The notes below the pieces were generated by a model that ran no database searches, had not been told where the DNA came from, and saw only the letters and a program-made list of their open reading frames with translations. Made by a program: the position numbers and the translations under genes. From an uncultured bacterium (lineage in GTDB: Bacteria > Bdellovibrionota > Bacteriovoracia > Bacteriovoracales > CAZZBM01), in assembly GCA_964652255.1 (NCBI GenBank), contig CAZZBM010000001.1, positions 312,920-376,919 of the forward strand: a DNA stretch of 64,000 nucleotides. The letters run 5' to 3'. Positions 37,406 to 47,956 of the stretch are shown here, in pieces. The number at the start of each line of letters is the position of its first letter. Positions within the stretch are counted from its first letter, which is position 1.

Positions 37406-38407
37406 ATGCGTTTCATTGATGAAGTCTCTATTACTGTCCAATCGGGCAAGGGTGGGGATGGTTCTATTTCCTTTCGACGTGAAAAATTTGTACCCAAAGG
37501 TGGTCCAGATGGTGGTCATGGTGGGCGTGGTGGACATATTTATTTTCGTGTCAGAAAAGATTTAAACACTTTAGCTCATTATCGTGGAAAAAAATTTTTT
37601 CAAGCTTCTCCAGGTCAAAATGGTTCTGAGAGACAAAAAAATGGGGCTCAAGGAGAAGATCTTTATCTTTCTGTTCCTACAGGGACCCTTGTTTATGAGG
37701 AAGATGTTTTACTTTTTGATTTCACTGAAGAAGGTGATTATTTAGCCTTTGAAGGTGGTAGAGGTGGCTTAGGCAATAGTCATTTTAAAACATCCACCCA
37801 TCAAACCCCTCGTTTTGCTCAAGATGGAAGTGAAGGGATTTTAAAGCATCTTAGATTAGAATTAAAACTTTTAGCTGATGTTGGTCTTATTGGTTTACCC
37901 AATGCTGGAAAAAGTACTCTTATTAGTGTTCTTTCTTCAGCTAAACCTAAAATAGCTAATTATCCTTTTACAACCCTAGAACCACAATTAGGTGTAGTTG
38001 ATGTGGACTTAGGATTTCCACATTCAAAATCTTTTCTAATGGCAGATTTACCAGGTCTTATAGAAGGATCTAGCTCAGGTAAAGGTTTAGGAATTCAATT
38101 TTTAAAACACATTGAAAGAACTAAAATTTTAGTTCACCTTCTTGATTCTTCTATTAATGACTCTTTTGAACTTTTATCTCGATATGCTTTAGTAAGAAAT
38201 GAATTAGAGCAATATAAAAAAAGTCTTTTAGATCTCCCTGAAATTATTTGTCTTTCCAAGGTTGAAGTTTTACAAGAACAAGATTTAGCAAAACTTCATC
38301 AAGAATTAGAAAAAGAATTAGACCAAGAAATACTTCTCATCTCTTCTGTAGCTCAAAAAAATTTAAATCAACTTAAGCATCTCATTTTAAAAAAAGGTAA
38401 TTTATGA
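37406..38407 (+). CDS. obg: GTPase Obg/CgtA
   Basis: Obg fold (MRFIDEVSITVQSGKGGDGSISFRREKFVPKGGPDGGHGGRGG) and G domain (GLPNAGKSTL, DLPGLIEG). Confidence 0.96.
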   Translation: MRFIDEVSITVQSGKGGDGSISFRREKFVPKGGPDGGHGGRGGHIYFRVRKDLNTLAHYRGKKFFQASPGQNGSERQKNGAQGEDLYLSVPTGTLVYEEDVLLFDFTEEGDYLAFEGGRGGLGNSHFKTSTHQTPRFAQDGSEGILKHLRLELKLLADVGLIGLPNAGKSTLISVLSSAKPKIANYPFTTLEPQLGVVDVDLGFPHSKSFLMADLPGLIEGSSSGKGLGIQFLKHIERTKILVHLLDSSINDSFELLSRYALVRNELEQYKKSLLDLPEIICLSKVEVLQEQDLAKLHQELEKELDQEILLISSVAQKNLNQLKHLILKKGNL

Positions 38408-38784
38408 TTAAAGACTATTTAAAATCTTTAGAAAAAAATAAAGATTCACTTTATTACAGCAAAGCTATTATTAAAACTTTAAGTCATTTTAAGGCTGAAG
38501 AAATTAAACTTTTTGATACTCTTAATGAATCTAGCTTAGCTTCCTATTTTATTATTGCCACCACTCTTAATGAAGTTCAAAGTAAAACCATAGCAGACAC
38601 TCTTACAAGGTCTTTAAAAGGATTTTTTCTTCTTCATCAAGAAGGTTTTCAAGAGTGGATTCTTATTGATTTTGGAGATATTATTCTTCATTTATTTTCT
38701 CAAGAAGGAAGAGATCTTTACCAACTAGAATCTCTTTGGTCTTCTTTTAAACAAATACCTCTTCAGAATGAAGATTATGCATGA
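38404..38784 (+). CDS. rsfS: Ribosomal silencing factor RsfS
   Basis: Family pattern (SYFIIATTLNEVQSKTIADTL ... WILIDFGDIILHLFSQEGRDLYQLESLW). Located in the conserved obg neighbourhood. Confidence 0.85.
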   Translation: MIKDYLKSLEKNKDSLYYSKAIIKTLSHFKAEEIKLFDTLNESSLASYFIIATTLNEVQSKTIADTLTRSLKGFFLLHQEGFQEWILIDFGDIILHLFSQEGRDLYQLESLWSSFKQIPLQNEDYA

Positions 38785-39176
38785 AAATTACTATCTTTAC
38801 CCTTGGATCTTTAAAAAAAGAGCTTCTGTTTTTACAACAAGACTATCTTAAAAGATGCCAAGTATTAAAAATCAATATACAAGAATTTAAAAAAGAAAAA
38901 GATTTCATCGAAGTCCTCACACCTCAAACTTATCTTTTAAAAGAAGATGGACTACTCCTAACCACAAAAAAATTTTATAGCTTTATTTTTACTCAACCTG
39001 AAATCTCTTTTGCTATTTCTGATCATACAGGATTTTCTTCTCAAGCTTTAAATAAAAGTAAACTATTTCTCTCTTTAAGTCTCTTAACTTTTCCTCATGA
39101 CTTAGCGAGAATCCTTCTTTTAGAACAACTTTATCGATCAGAAACTCTTTTTAAAAATCATCCTTATCATTATTAA
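38781..39176 (+). CDS. rlmH: 23S rRNA (pseudouridine1915-N3)-methyltransferase RlmH, short form
   Basis: The C-terminus (LSLSLLTFPHDLARILLLEQLYRSETLFKNHPYH) aligns with E. coli RlmH ([34 protein letters not shown]). Confidence 0.85.
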   Translation: MKITIFTLGSLKKELLFLQQDYLKRCQVLKINIQEFKKEKDFIEVLTPQTYLLKEDGLLLTTKKFYSFIFTQPEISFAISDHTGFSSQALNKSKLFLSLSLLTFPHDLARILLLEQLYRSETLFKNHPYHY

Positions 39177-39245
39177 ATGTATTTTTTATAAATTTTCATT
39201 TATAGGACTGAATCAAGAATTTTTATAATAAAATCTTTTTTAAAT

Positions 39246-39869
39246 TTAGAGCCTTATCTCATCATCAAGCAAAATTTTAAAACCAAGTAAAAATAAAGCT
39301 AGTCCTATAAATCTTTCAAAGATAAGACCATGCTTAGTTAAAAAATTTTTAACAGTTTTCAACTGAATAAAAAGAATTATTAAAGAAAACCAAATAAGAT
39401 TGACTAAAACAACAATCAAAACATAGAAAAGAAAATCCTTAAATAAGATATTTTCAGAGAAAAAAACAGAAACTAAATTAATAAAAAATATAATAGATTT
39501 TGGATTTAAAGTACTTAAAAAAAATCCTTGAAAAAAACTTTTCAAAAAACTTACTTGATTTTGTGAATAGAGATGATTAACTTTAAAAAGATTTTTTTTC
39601 ATCAAAAGACCATTCAAGCCCAAGTACATAAGATAGCAAGCTCCAAAAATCTGAATCAATTCAAATATTTTTGGAAAGTTTTTTAAAACAAAATTTAATC
39701 CTAAGTAGCAATAACTCATATGAAAACAATCTGCTAAAATAACTCCAAAAAGAGTGTAAAAACCAATTTTTTTAGAATACCTTAAAGAATTTCTTAAGAT
39801 GAGAGCAAAATCAGGTCCTGGACTAATGGTAGCAAGAAGAACAACTAAGCTGAATTTTATTAATTCCAT
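39246..39869 (-). CDS. LysE/RhtB-family amino-acid exporter
   Basis: N-terminal ISPGPDFALILRNSL motif and six predicted TM segments. Confidence 0.8.
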   Translation of the reverse strand: MELIKFSLVVLLATISPGPDFALILRNSLRYSKKIGFYTLFGVILADCFHMSYCYLGLNFVLKNFPKIFELIQIFGACYLMYLGLNGLLMKKNLFKVNHLYSQNQVSFLKSFFQGFFLSTLNPKSIIFFINLVSVFFSENILFKDFLFYVLIVVLVNLIWFSLIILFIQLKTVKNFLTKHGLIFERFIGLALFLLGFKILLDDEIRL

Positions 39870-39870
39870 T

Positions 39871-40320
39871 TTATAGATCTTTTACTTTAGATAAATCTTT
39901 ACTCCAATCATATGGCCCTATTTTAGACCATAAAATGATATCTTTTTCTATGAACAAAGTCGTTGGAAAAGAAATTTCATTTATGTCTTCAAGGGTAATT
40001 CTTAGCATAGGAAATTTCAACTGATCACAATCACTTCCTTCACAAATAAAAAAAACTACATAAGAATTTTTTTTAAGAAAATTTAAAAGTTCAGGGAGCT
40101 CTCTTTTACACGGTTCACAAAAAGTTCCATAAAAATGAACAAGAGTTTTTTCATGAAAAGATAAATTTTTTGATTGCAAAAAATTTTTTATATTTTCTAA
40201 ATCTCTATTATCTTGTTCCGAGATAGAAAGAGTTATGACAGGCGATTCCTTATACTTTAATAAGATAGCAAAAAAAGAGAAAAAAAGAAGAAAAAAAAGA
40301 AGATAAAAATAATGCTTCAC
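39871..40320 (-). CDS. TlpA/ResA-like membrane-anchored thiol-disulfide oxidoreductase
   Basis: N-terminal anchor and thioredoxin-fold motif (LVHFYGTFCEPCKRELPEL, CxxC = CEPC). The start overlaps the rplQ stop by 4 nt. Confidence 0.7.
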   Translation of the reverse strand: MKHYFYLLFFLLFFSFFAILLKYKESPVITLSISEQDNRDLENIKNFLQSKNLSFHEKTLVHFYGTFCEPCKRELPELLNFLKKNSYVVFFICEGSDCDQLKFPMLRITLEDINEISFPTTLFIEKDIILWSKIGPYDWSKDLSKVKDL

Positions 40321-40670
40321 ACAAAAGCAATGATAGCTTTAGGAGCACCATCACCAAGCCTAGTTTCACCAAGTTTTAAAATTCTCAAGTACCCGCCAGC
40401 ACGATTTTCATAGTTTTTTGACTTTTTAAATAACTCATCAACAATGTTTTGTTTGTTTTGAAAATAACTTAAAGCTCGACGACGAGCATTTAAATCATCT
40501 TTTTTGCCAAGAGTAATTAACTTCTCTACATAAGGTCTAATAGCCTTAGCTTTAGCTATGGTTGTTGTCATTTGACCATGAAGAATTAAACTTGCCGCTA
40601 AGTTACTTAATAAATGCTTTCTACGTTTCGCTGAAACGCCTAATTTATGTCTATGTTTTTGATGTCTCAT
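40317..40670 (-). CDS. rplQ: 50S ribosomal protein L17
   Basis: MRHQKHRHKLGVSAKRRKHLLSNLA is the bL17 signature. Follows rpoA. Confidence 0.97.
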   Translation of the reverse strand: MRHQKHRHKLGVSAKRRKHLLSNLAASLILHGQMTTTIAKAKAIRPYVEKLITLGKKDDLNARRRALSYFQNKQNIVDELFKKSKNYENRAGGYLRILKLGETRLGDGAPKAIIAFV

Positions 40671-41662
40671 TTCTCAGTCCTTTCTGGCACCTTCATACCA
40701 AAACTTAATCCCATTCTAATTAATAAGTCTTTAATTTCATTCAGGGATTTTCTACCAAAATTTTTTGTTCTTAACATGTCTGATTCAGTTCTAGAAACTA
40801 ATTGATGAATGTACTTAATACCAGCTTTTTCTAAGCAATTAGCTGATCTTACAGAAAGTTCTAATTCTGATACAAGCTTATTAAATAATTCAACAGAAGG
40901 ACCTTCTTTTCCTTTCTCTGCTCTATCAGACACAGTGGCATCATCTTCATAAAGACCTAAAAATACAGATAACTGATCTTTTAAAATCTTACTTGAAACA
41001 GCCAAGGCATCTGAAGGCAACAGAGCTCCATTGGTCCAAATTTCTAAAACCAATCTATCATAATCTGTTTTTTTTCCAAGACGACTATTGAAAATAGAAT
41101 AATTCACCTTATGAACAGGAGAAAATAAAGTATCTAAATAAATCCAACCTAGAGGTAATTCATACTTCTCTTTATTCTCTAAATGAGTGACATAACCAAT
41201 TCCCTTGGTTACTTTTAATTCAACATTAAACTCCGCTCTTGCTGAAAGATGAGCTACAATTTGATCAGGATTTAATAAAGTCACTCCTTCTACCAGTTGA
41301 ATATCAGAAGCCTTCACCACTCCTTCACCTTTCTTATTTAACTTTAAAATAACTTCATCCTTATCCATTAAATGAAAATGAATAGTTTTAAGATTTAAAA
41401 TTATTTCACTTACTTCTTCTTTAACGTGATCAATGGTTCCAAATTCGTGCTCAACACCTTCAATCTTAATAGCTACAAGACCACTTCCCTGAACACTTGA
41501 AAGTAAAATTCTTCTTAAAGCGTTTCCTAAAGTTAAACCAAAACCTCTTTCTAAAGGACGTACTTCAAATTTTCCATAAGAAGTTCTTTCTTCTTCAGTT
41601 AGCATCTTCGCTGGTCGAACTAAAGATAAAATATTTTTTTTAATAAAATTTTTACTCATCAT
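40667..41662 (-). CDS. rpoA: DNA-directed RNA polymerase subunit alpha
   Basis: NTD (ERGFGLTLGNALRRILLSS) and CTD (LELSVRSANCLEKAGIKYIHQLV..L.TKNFGRKSLNEIK). Confidence 0.98.
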   Translation of the reverse strand: MMSKNFIKKNILSLVRPAKMLTEEERTSYGKFEVRPLERGFGLTLGNALRRILLSSVQGSGLVAIKIEGVEHEFGTIDHVKEEVSEIILNLKTIHFHLMDKDEVILKLNKKGEGVVKASDIQLVEGVTLLNPDQIVAHLSARAEFNVELKVTKGIGYVTHLENKEKYELPLGWIYLDTLFSPVHKVNYSIFNSRLGKKTDYDRLVLEIWTNGALLPSDALAVSSKILKDQLSVFLGLYEDDATVSDRAEKGKEGPSVELFNKLVSELELSVRSANCLEKAGIKYIHQLVSRTESDMLRTKNFGRKSLNEIKDLLIRMGLSFGMKVPERTEK

Positions 41663-41667
41663 AAAAA

Positions 41668-42072
41668 TTACACTCTCCTTCTTTTTGGAGGCTTACATCC
41701 ATTATGTGGAATAGGACTACAATCAACTAAAGATTTTACTTTTAAACCAGCAGCTACTAAAGCCCTAACAGCATTCTCTCTCCCAGCTCCAGGTCCTTTT
41801 AACTTTACATCCACTGAAACAAGTCCATGATCCATAGCTTTTTTAGCGGCTTGTGCACTTGCTACTTGAGCAGCATAAGGAGTTGCTTTTTTTGAACTCT
41901 TAAATCCTTCACCACCTGAAGAAGACCAAGCAATGGTTTTTCCGTGAGGATCAGAAAAAGTTACAATAGTATTATTAAAAGAAGCATAAATATGACAAAC
42001 ACCGTGAGTAATATTCTTTTTAACTTTCTTACGAGTTGTCGCTACTTGATTTTTTTGTTGCACTTTAGACAT
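41668..42072 (-). CDS. rpsK: 30S ribosomal protein S11
   Basis: uS11 signature ([30 protein letters not shown] .. TPYAAQ). Confidence 0.98.
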   Translation of the reverse strand: MSKVQQKNQVATTRKKVKKNITHGVCHIYASFNNTIVTFSDPHGKTIAWSSSGGEGFKSSKKATPYAAQVASAQAAKKAMDHGLVSVDVKLKGPGAGRENAVRALVAAGLKVKSLVDCSPIPHNGCKPPKRRRV

Positions 42073-42081
42073 ATCTTTTCC

Positions 42082-42465
42082 TTATGATTTCATGGACTTA
42101 ATAGATTTTTTTCCAGCGATTGCCACAGCTTTTCCTTTTCTCGTTCTAGCATTAGATCTTGTTCTTTGTCCTCTGACTGGAAGATTTTTTTTATGACGCT
42201 GTCCTCTATAACTATTAAGATCTCTTAATCTCTTAATATTCATAGCGACTTCTCTTCTTAAATCGCCTTCTGTTTTGTATTGAGCTAAGGCATCTCTTAA
42301 TTGCTGAATCTGCTCTTCCGTTAAATCATTAGAGCTAAATTTCTCTTCAATCTTACAAGCAGCTAAAACATCTTTAGCGACCTTAGGTCCAACTCCGTAA
42401 ATATATTGCAGGGCAATCACCACTGCTTTTGATCTTGGTAAATCAACTCCTAATATTCTTGCCAT
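42082..42465 (-). CDS. rpsM: 30S ribosomal protein S13
   Basis: [11 protein letters not shown]...IYGVG is the uS13 signature. Confidence 0.98.
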   Translation of the reverse strand: MARILGVDLPRSKAVVIALQYIYGVGPKVAKDVLAACKIEEKFSSNDLTEEQIQQLRDALAQYKTEGDLRREVAMNIKRLRDLNSYRGQRHKKNLPVRGQRTRSNARTRKGKAVAIAGKKSIKSMKS

Positions 42466-42467
42466 AA

Positions 42468-42581
42468 TTATCCTTGTCTTTGTTTATGTCGTGGTTCTTT
42501 GCAAATAACTCTTAAAACACCTTTTCTTTTTACAACAACACAGTGTTTACACATTTTCTTTACAGATGCTCTAACTTTCAT
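42468..42581 (-). CDS. rpmJ: 50S ribosomal protein L36 (not in the ORF track)
   Basis: Hand translation of the reverse complement gives [37 protein letters not shown] (37 aa). This is the classic bL36 with zinc ligands C-x2-C..C-x4-H. Confidence 0.95.
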   Translation of the reverse strand: MKVRASVKKMCKHCVVVKRKGVLRVICKEPRHKQRQG

Positions 42582-42604
42582 ATAAAATTCCTTTTTGATC
42601 TATA

Positions 42605-43258
42605 CTAAAGAGACCTCAAAAAAGCAAGATCCTGCAAGAGATTTCTTATCTCTTTTCTTACTTCTTCTAATGATTGATCCGCTTTAATCTTAAATAATTT
42701 TTCCTTTTGTTCAAAAAAATTTAACAAAGGCATTGTCTGCTCTCGGTACACTTGAAATCTTTTTAAAATAATCTCTTTTTGATCATCTTTTCTTTTTATT
42801 AAAGATTCTCCACAATAATCACAAATATTTTTCACCTTAGAGGGATTTTGCAATTCATGATAAGTTTGCTCACATTTTGGACAATAAATTCTATACTCTA
42901 ATCTAAATAAAAGCTGATCTTCGCTCAAATTAAAATAAACAACAATATAATCATGATCCCTTAAAAGGATATGGTGAAAAAATTCACCTTGAGATAAAGT
43001 TCTTGGGTACCCATCAAATAAATACTGCTTAGAATTTAAATCTAATTTTTCTAAAAGAAGTTGTTGAACTAAATCATCTGAAATTAAATGACCTTCTCCA
43101 AGAAGGTCCTTAATTTTTAAACCAAGTAAACTTTCAGACTTGATTTCTTGTCTTAAAAGTTCACCCGTGGATAAATGAGCAAATCCTTCTTCCTCCAAAA
43201 AAAAAGCTTGAGTCCCTTTTCCTCCCCCTGGAGGTCCGAGAAAAACTAAATGTTTCAT
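42605..43258 (-). CDS. adk: Adenylate kinase (zinc-lid type)
   Basis: P-loop (GPPGGGKGTQ) and a lid with CPKC...CDYC. Confidence 0.95.
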   Translation of the reverse strand: MKHLVFLGPPGGGKGTQAFFLEEEGFAHLSTGELLRQEIKSESLLGLKIKDLLGEGHLISDDLVQQLLLEKLDLNSKQYLFDGYPRTLSQGEFFHHILLRDHDYIVVYFNLSEDQLLFRLEYRIYCPKCEQTYHELQNPSKVKNICDYCGESLIKRKDDQKEIILKRFQVYREQTMPLLNFFEQKEKLFKIKADQSLEEVRKEIRNLLQDLAFLRSL

Positions 43259-43266
43259 TGATAAAA

Positions 43267-44580
43267 TTAAAAACGACGTCCTTTCCCTGAAGAAACATTT
43301 AAAGAATAATTCTCATATCGTTGTGAAATCAAATGACCCTCAATTTGAGACATCATATCAATTGCCACACCTACAAGAATTAATAAAGATGTTCCACCAA
43401 AACGAAAAGAAGTAGCTCCAAATAAAGTTAATAAACTAGGCAAAATACAAATCAAAGAAATATATAGTGCCCCTAAAGATGTTACTCTTTCCACAACACC
43501 TTTTAAAAAAGAAGCAGTCTTACCCCCTGGTGCAATTCCAGGAACAAAGCCGCCATTTTTTTTTAAATTTTCAGCAATATCATCAGATTTAAACTGAACT
43601 TGAGCATAAAAAAAAGAAAAGAAAATTAAAAGAGAAACAAAAAATAAATTATACATAAATTGACCAGAATAGAGAAACTGATTAAAAGCCACCACAAGAT
43701 TTTTCAAAGGATGAGCCTCTTTAATAAAAGAATTTAATGTATCTGGAAATTGTAGAATAGTAGAAGCAAAAATAGCAGGCATCACCCCAGAAATATTGAT
43801 TTTCACAGGTATATGTGATGATTGAGGTGCTACTAATTGATTTTGCACGACTCTTTTAGCATATTGTACTGGAACTTTTCTAAAAGATCTTTCTACAAAA
43901 ACAATAGCCCAAAAAGCAGCAATGATAACAATCAACATTAAAGCTAAAACAGGAAAAGCTAATTCTCCATTTTGAAATAAAGTCCATGCTTTTTTTAATC
44001 CACTTGGAATTGAAGAAGCAATCCCAGCAAAAATAATTAAACTAATTCCATTTCCTAAACCTCTTTCTGTAATTTGCTCTCCTAACCACATTAAAAACAT
44101 GGTTCCGCCAATAAAAGAAAGAATAGCTAAGAGTTTAAAGTTTAAACCAGGATTAAAAACAATAGGTAAACCCGAAGGTGAATCTAACATTTCTAAACCA
44201 TTGGTCACCATAAAGCCCTGAACCACACAAATTAAAACTGTTAAGTAACGTGAATATTGTGAAATTTTTTTATAACCATGACTATCTTTTTGTAGTTCTG
44301 CAACCTGAGGAAAAGACATGGCAATTAAACTCATCATAATAGAAGAAGTAATGTAGGGCATAATACCTAAAGCTAAAACAGAAAATCTTTCTAAGGCACC
44401 ACCACTAAAACTATTAAAAAAACCAAATAAAGAACCACTTTTACTTTCGAAAAAAGAAGCTAAAGCTAAAGAATTTACCCCTGGGGCTGGAATCTGAGAT
44501 GCTAGCCTGAAAATAATTAAAGCTACAACGGTAAATAATAATCTTCCTGTTAAATTCTTTAAAGCTTTACTTTGACTCAT
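43267..44580 (-). CDS. secY: Preprotein translocase subunit SecY
   Basis: 10-TM protein with SecY patterns ([23 protein letters not shown]), in the conserved position after rplO. Confidence 0.97.
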   Translation of the reverse strand: MSQSKALKNLTGRLLFTVVALIIFRLASQIPAPGVNSLALASFFESKSGSLFGFFNSFSGGALERFSVLALGIMPYITSSIMMSLIAMSFPQVAELQKDSHGYKKISQYSRYLTVLICVVQGFMVTNGLEMLDSPSGLPIVFNPGLNFKLLAILSFIGGTMFLMWLGEQITERGLGNGISLIIFAGIASSIPSGLKKAWTLFQNGELAFPVLALMLIVIIAAFWAIVFVERSFRKVPVQYAKRVVQNQLVAPQSSHIPVKINISGVMPAIFASTILQFPDTLNSFIKEAHPLKNLVVAFNQFLYSGQFMYNLFFVSLLIFFSFFYAQVQFKSDDIAENLKKNGGFVPGIAPGGKTASFLKGVVERVTSLGALYISLICILPSLLTLFGATSFRFGGTSLLILVGVAIDMMSQIEGHLISQRYENYSLNVSSGKGRRF

Positions 44581-44996
44581 ACACCCTCAATTCTAGATCT
44601 TTTTATTTCATCATGAAAAGAAAATTGCTTACCATTTTCTACTTGACCAATAATCTTAATAGGAAGAGATCTTTTTCGTCCTTTTAAAAGTCTTTGTTCA
44701 ATCAAAGCCTCTCTTGTGACTTCTTGACCATTAAAAGATTCATTAAGAGTTTTTAACGTAATGACAGCATATTCTTTTTTAAAAGGTTCATTACTAAAAC
44801 CTCTCTTAGGAACTCTTCTATATAAAGGAGTTTGACCTCCTTCAAAACCAATTCTTACTTGTCCACTTTTTCTAGCCTTTTGACCCTTGTGACCTTTTCC
44901 AGCTTGACGACCCTGACCAGAACCATCACCTCGACCAAGTCTTTTACGATCTTTTTTAGCACCCTTAGCTGGTTTTAAATTATTAAGTTTTAACAT
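44577..44996 (-). CDS. rplO: 50S ribosomal protein L15
   Basis: [41 protein letters not shown] is the uL15 signature. Confidence 0.97.
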   Translation of the reverse strand: MLKLNNLKPAKGAKKDRKRLGRGDGSGQGRQAGKGHKGQKARKSGQVRIGFEGGQTPLYRRVPKRGFSNEPFKKEYAVITLKTLNESFNGQEVTREALIEQRLLKGRKRSLPIKIIGQVENGKQFSFHDEIKRSRIEGV

Positions 44997-44997
44997 T

Positions 44998-45177
44998 TTA
45001 TCTCTCCACCACTTCTAGTAAATGAATCACTTTTTTAATCATTCCCCTTACTTCAGGAGTGTTTTTTAATTCACGACTTTGACCAATTTTTTTTAAACCT
45101 AAACCACGAACACAGGCTTGCTGCTTCTCTGTGGCTTTGATTGTACTTTTTTTTAACTTAACAATAATTTGATTCAT
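44998..45177 (-). CDS. rpmD: 50S ribosomal protein L30 (not in the ORF track)
   Basis: Hand translation gives [59 protein letters not shown] (59 aa). Matches the uL30 pattern and its position between rpsE and rplO. Confidence 0.93.
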   Translation of the reverse strand: MNQIIVKLKKSTIKATEKQQACVRGLGLKKIGQSRELKNTPEVRGMIKKVIHLLEVVER

Positions 45178-45179
45178 TT

Positions 45180-45749
45180 TTATTTCACCTTAGCTTTTAA
45201 TCTCAATCCTTTGGACTCAACTCCTCTTACTTGAGCAATTTCCTGAAGCGATTTTAATCTTTTTAAAGCATCAAAAGTTGCTCTTACAATATTGTGAGGA
45301 TTATTTCCTCTTAATGATTTTGTTAAAATGTTTTTGACACCAACAAGTTCTAAAATAGCTCTGCAAGCTCCACCAGCTTTAATCCCAGTACCATCTCCTG
45401 CAGGTTTAAAAACAATTTTTCCAGATCCAAATCGACCAATAATATCATGAGGAAAAGTTCCTTCATCTAATTGAACTCTGATCATTTTTTTAGCTGCTAC
45501 TTGGCTTGCTTTTTTAATGGCATCAGGAACTTCTTTAGCTTTACCTAAAGCAAATCCTACACGACCCTTCTTGTCACCAACGACAATAAGAGTAGAGAAA
45601 GAAAATCGACGACCACCTTTCACTACTTTTGCTACTCTAGCAACAGAGACAACTCTTTCTTCTAACTCAGGAGCCAAGTCCATAGCATTAGACTGAGGTC
45701 TTTCCTTTCTTGTTGGCTTCTTTTCTTTTTTTTCAATTTCTTCCGTCAT
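45180..45749 (-). CDS. rpsE: 30S ribosomal protein S5
   Basis: uS5 motifs ([33 protein letters not shown]). Has a Lys/Glu-rich N-terminal extension. Confidence 0.97.
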   Translation of the reverse strand: MTEEIEKKEKKPTRKERPQSNAMDLAPELEERVVSVARVAKVVKGGRRFSFSTLIVVGDKKGRVGFALGKAKEVPDAIKKASQVAAKKMIRVQLDEGTFPHDIIGRFGSGKIVFKPAGDGTGIKAGGACRAILELVGVKNILTKSLRGNNPHNIVRATFDALKRLKSLQEIAQVRGVESKGLRLKAKVK

Positions 45750-45758
45750 AAACCTTTC

Positions 45759-46142
45759 CTAAAACTGTAGTCCTTGCTCTCTGAGAGTTTCAGCAAGAAT
45801 TTTTACAATACCTGTATATAAGTGACCAGATCGATCAAAAACAATCTTTTCAATTTTATTTTCTTTTAACTTTTCTGCTAAATTTTTTGCTACCAAAACA
45901 GCACTTTCTTTATTAGAAGATGATCCCACAGCTTTTTTTCCAAAAGTTTGAGCTACAAATAAAGTCACTCCTTTTTCATCATCGATAGCTTGAAGAAAAA
46001 TATTTTTATGACCCTTAGTTACACAAACTCTAGGTCTATCTAATGTTCCAGAAATAGTCTTTCTAATAGTCAATTTTCTTCTATCTTTTCTTTCTTCTCT
46101 TACTGAGAAATATTTTTTTCTTTTTTTTCTAATCATCATCAC
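45759..46142 (-). CDS. rplR: 50S ribosomal protein L18
   Basis: uL18 pattern (RPRVCVTKGHKNIFLQAID ... FDRSGHLYTGIVKILAETLREQGLQF). Confidence 0.96.
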   Translation of the reverse strand: MMMIRKKRKKYFSVREERKDRRKLTIRKTISGTLDRPRVCVTKGHKNIFLQAIDDEKGVTLFVAQTFGKKAVGSSSNKESAVLVAKNLAEKLKENKIEKIVFDRSGHLYTGIVKILAETLREQGLQF

Positions 46143-46145
46143 ACC

Positions 46146-46679
46146 TTATTTTTTAGCACCTGTCTTACCAGCTTTTCTGATAATCACTTCATCAATATAT
46201 TTAATTCCTTTTCCTTTATAAGGTTCAGGCTTTCTAAAAGAACGAATATCAGCAGCTACTTTGCCAAGTAATACTTTATCAAAACCAAAAAGTTCAATAA
46301 CATTTTTATTGACCTTACACTCAATGCCTTGAGGCAACACATAATCAATAGGATGGGAATAGCCTAGATTTAATGTTAGCTTTTGACCAACAACGCTAGC
46401 TTTATAACCAACACCATTAAACTCAAGATCTTTTCTAAAACCCTCTTTCACTCCCGTGATCATATTTTGCAAACAGCTTCTTAGCGTTCCCCATAAAGCA
46501 TCTTTTTCATTTTTTGGCTTTAAAGAAAATTCTAAATCTCCTGTTTTTTCTAAAACATAAGATTCAGGCAAATTAAAACTCAACTGACCCTTTGGTCCCT
46601 TACAAGTGACTTTTTGATCTTGAATTGTAAGTTCAATTCCCTTTTCTAACATTAATGGTCTTTTACCAATTCTTGACAT
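46146..46679 (-). CDS. rplF: 50S ribosomal protein L6
   Basis: MSRIGKRPL is the start of uL6. Also PEPYKGKGIKY. Confidence 0.97.
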   Translation of the reverse strand: MSRIGKRPLMLEKGIELTIQDQKVTCKGPKGQLSFNLPESYVLEKTGDLEFSLKPKNEKDALWGTLRSCLQNMITGVKEGFRKDLEFNGVGYKASVVGQKLTLNLGYSHPIDYVLPQGIECKVNKNVIELFGFDKVLLGKVAADIRSFRKPEPYKGKGIKYIDEVIIRKAGKTGAKK

Positions 46680-46688
46680 ATTTCTCCC

Positions 46689-47072
46689 TTACCAAACTGA
46701 ACACAAAATCTCACCACCAACCCTTTCTCTATAGGCTTGCCTAGAAGACATCACTCCGCGAGAGGTTGACAGCACAATAATTCCTAATCCACTTAATACC
46801 CTTGGAATTTCTCTGAAAGAACGATATTTTCTTAAACCCGGACTGGACTCTCTTTGTAAGCCCATAATAGCCCCTGGCTTTAATTGAACTTTTAACAAAG
46901 GTAACTTTGTATTTTCCACTACAAGAGAAAAATTTTTAATAAAACCTTCTTCTTTTAAAACATTTGCGATGGAAGCTTTCAATTTACTCGCTGGAATAAA
47001 CACAGTTGATTGATCAGCTAATAAAGCATTTCTTATTCTTGTTAAAAAATCTGCAACAGGATCTGTCATCAT
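46689..47072 (-). CDS. rpsH: 30S ribosomal protein S8
   Basis: MTDPVADFLTRIRNA is the start of uS8. Confidence 0.97.
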   Translation of the reverse strand: MMTDPVADFLTRIRNALLADQSTVFIPASKLKASIANVLKEEGFIKNFSLVVENTKLPLLKVQLKPGAIMGLQRESSPGLRKYRSFREIPRVLSGLGIIVLSTSRGVMSSRQAYRERVGGEILCSVW

Positions 47073-47084
47073 AATCTCTTCTCC

Positions 47085-47390
47085 TTACCAACTAGCCTTT
47101 TTCACACCTGGAATCATTCCACGAGACGCTAATTCTCTAAATTTAATTCTTGAAATACCAAACTTTTTCAAGTTTCCTCTTGACCTTCCCGTTAATAAAC
47201 AACGTGAACGCCATCTTACAGGAGAAGCATTTCTAGGAATTTTTTGTATTCTTACCAAAGCTTCACTCACCTCTTCTTCGCTTGAAGAAGGAGAAGCAAT
47301 AATAGTTTTTAATTTCAATCTTAAAACTTTATATTGATCAATAAGCTTTCTTCTCTTATTGTTTTTTACTACATCACCTAATCTAGCCAT
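47085..47390 (-). CDS. rpsN: 30S ribosomal protein S14 (long, non-zinc form)
   Basis: uS14 C-terminus ([39 protein letters not shown]). 101 aa with no CxxC pairs. Confidence 0.96.
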   Translation of the reverse strand: MARLGDVVKNNKRRKLIDQYKVLRLKLKTIIASPSSSEEEVSEALVRIQKIPRNASPVRWRSRCLLTGRSRGNLKKFGISRIKFRELASRGMIPGVKKASW

Positions 47391-47944
47391 TATTTTTTCT
47401 CCTGTGTTTTAAAAGGAAAACCTAAATAAGTTAATAAAGCTAAAGCTTCTTCATTGGTTTTTGCTGTTGTTTCAATAGATAAACCTAAACCTCTAATTTT
47501 ATCAATTGAATCATAGTGAATCTCAGGAAAAATAATTTGCTCTTTAATTCCTAGATTATAATTACCAACACCATCAAAACTTTTTGGCTCTAATCCTCTA
47601 AAATCTTTCACCCTTGGAAGAGTAAAATGAACAAAACGATCAATAAAATCATACATTCTATCAGATCTTAAGGTAACAAAACCTCCTAAGGGTTGATTTA
47701 ATCTCACCTTAAAACTAGCAATGGCTTTTTTAGCTTTTGCTACCATAGGTTTTTGTCCTGCAATTAAAGCTAAAACATTAAGAACTTTATCTAAAGTTTT
47801 AGACTCAGCTACAACATCTTTCGTCACACAATTAAGAGAAACCTTCTTAATCTTTGGAACTTCATGCTTGTTCTTATATTTAAACTGCTCCATTAATTTT
47901 GGAACAACTTCTTTTTCATAAATTTTTTTCAATCTTGTCGTCAT
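47390..47944 (-). CDS. rplE: 50S ribosomal protein L5
   Basis: uL5 patterns ([33 protein letters not shown]). Confidence 0.97.
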   Translation of the reverse strand: MTTRLKKIYEKEVVPKLMEQFKYKNKHEVPKIKKVSLNCVTKDVVAESKTLDKVLNVLALIAGQKPMVAKAKKAIASFKVRLNQPLGGFVTLRSDRMYDFIDRFVHFTLPRVKDFRGLEPKSFDGVGNYNLGIKEQIIFPEIHYDSIDKIRGLGLSIETTAKTNEEALALLTYLGFPFKTQEKK

Positions 47945-47956
47945 ATCTTTTTCCTC

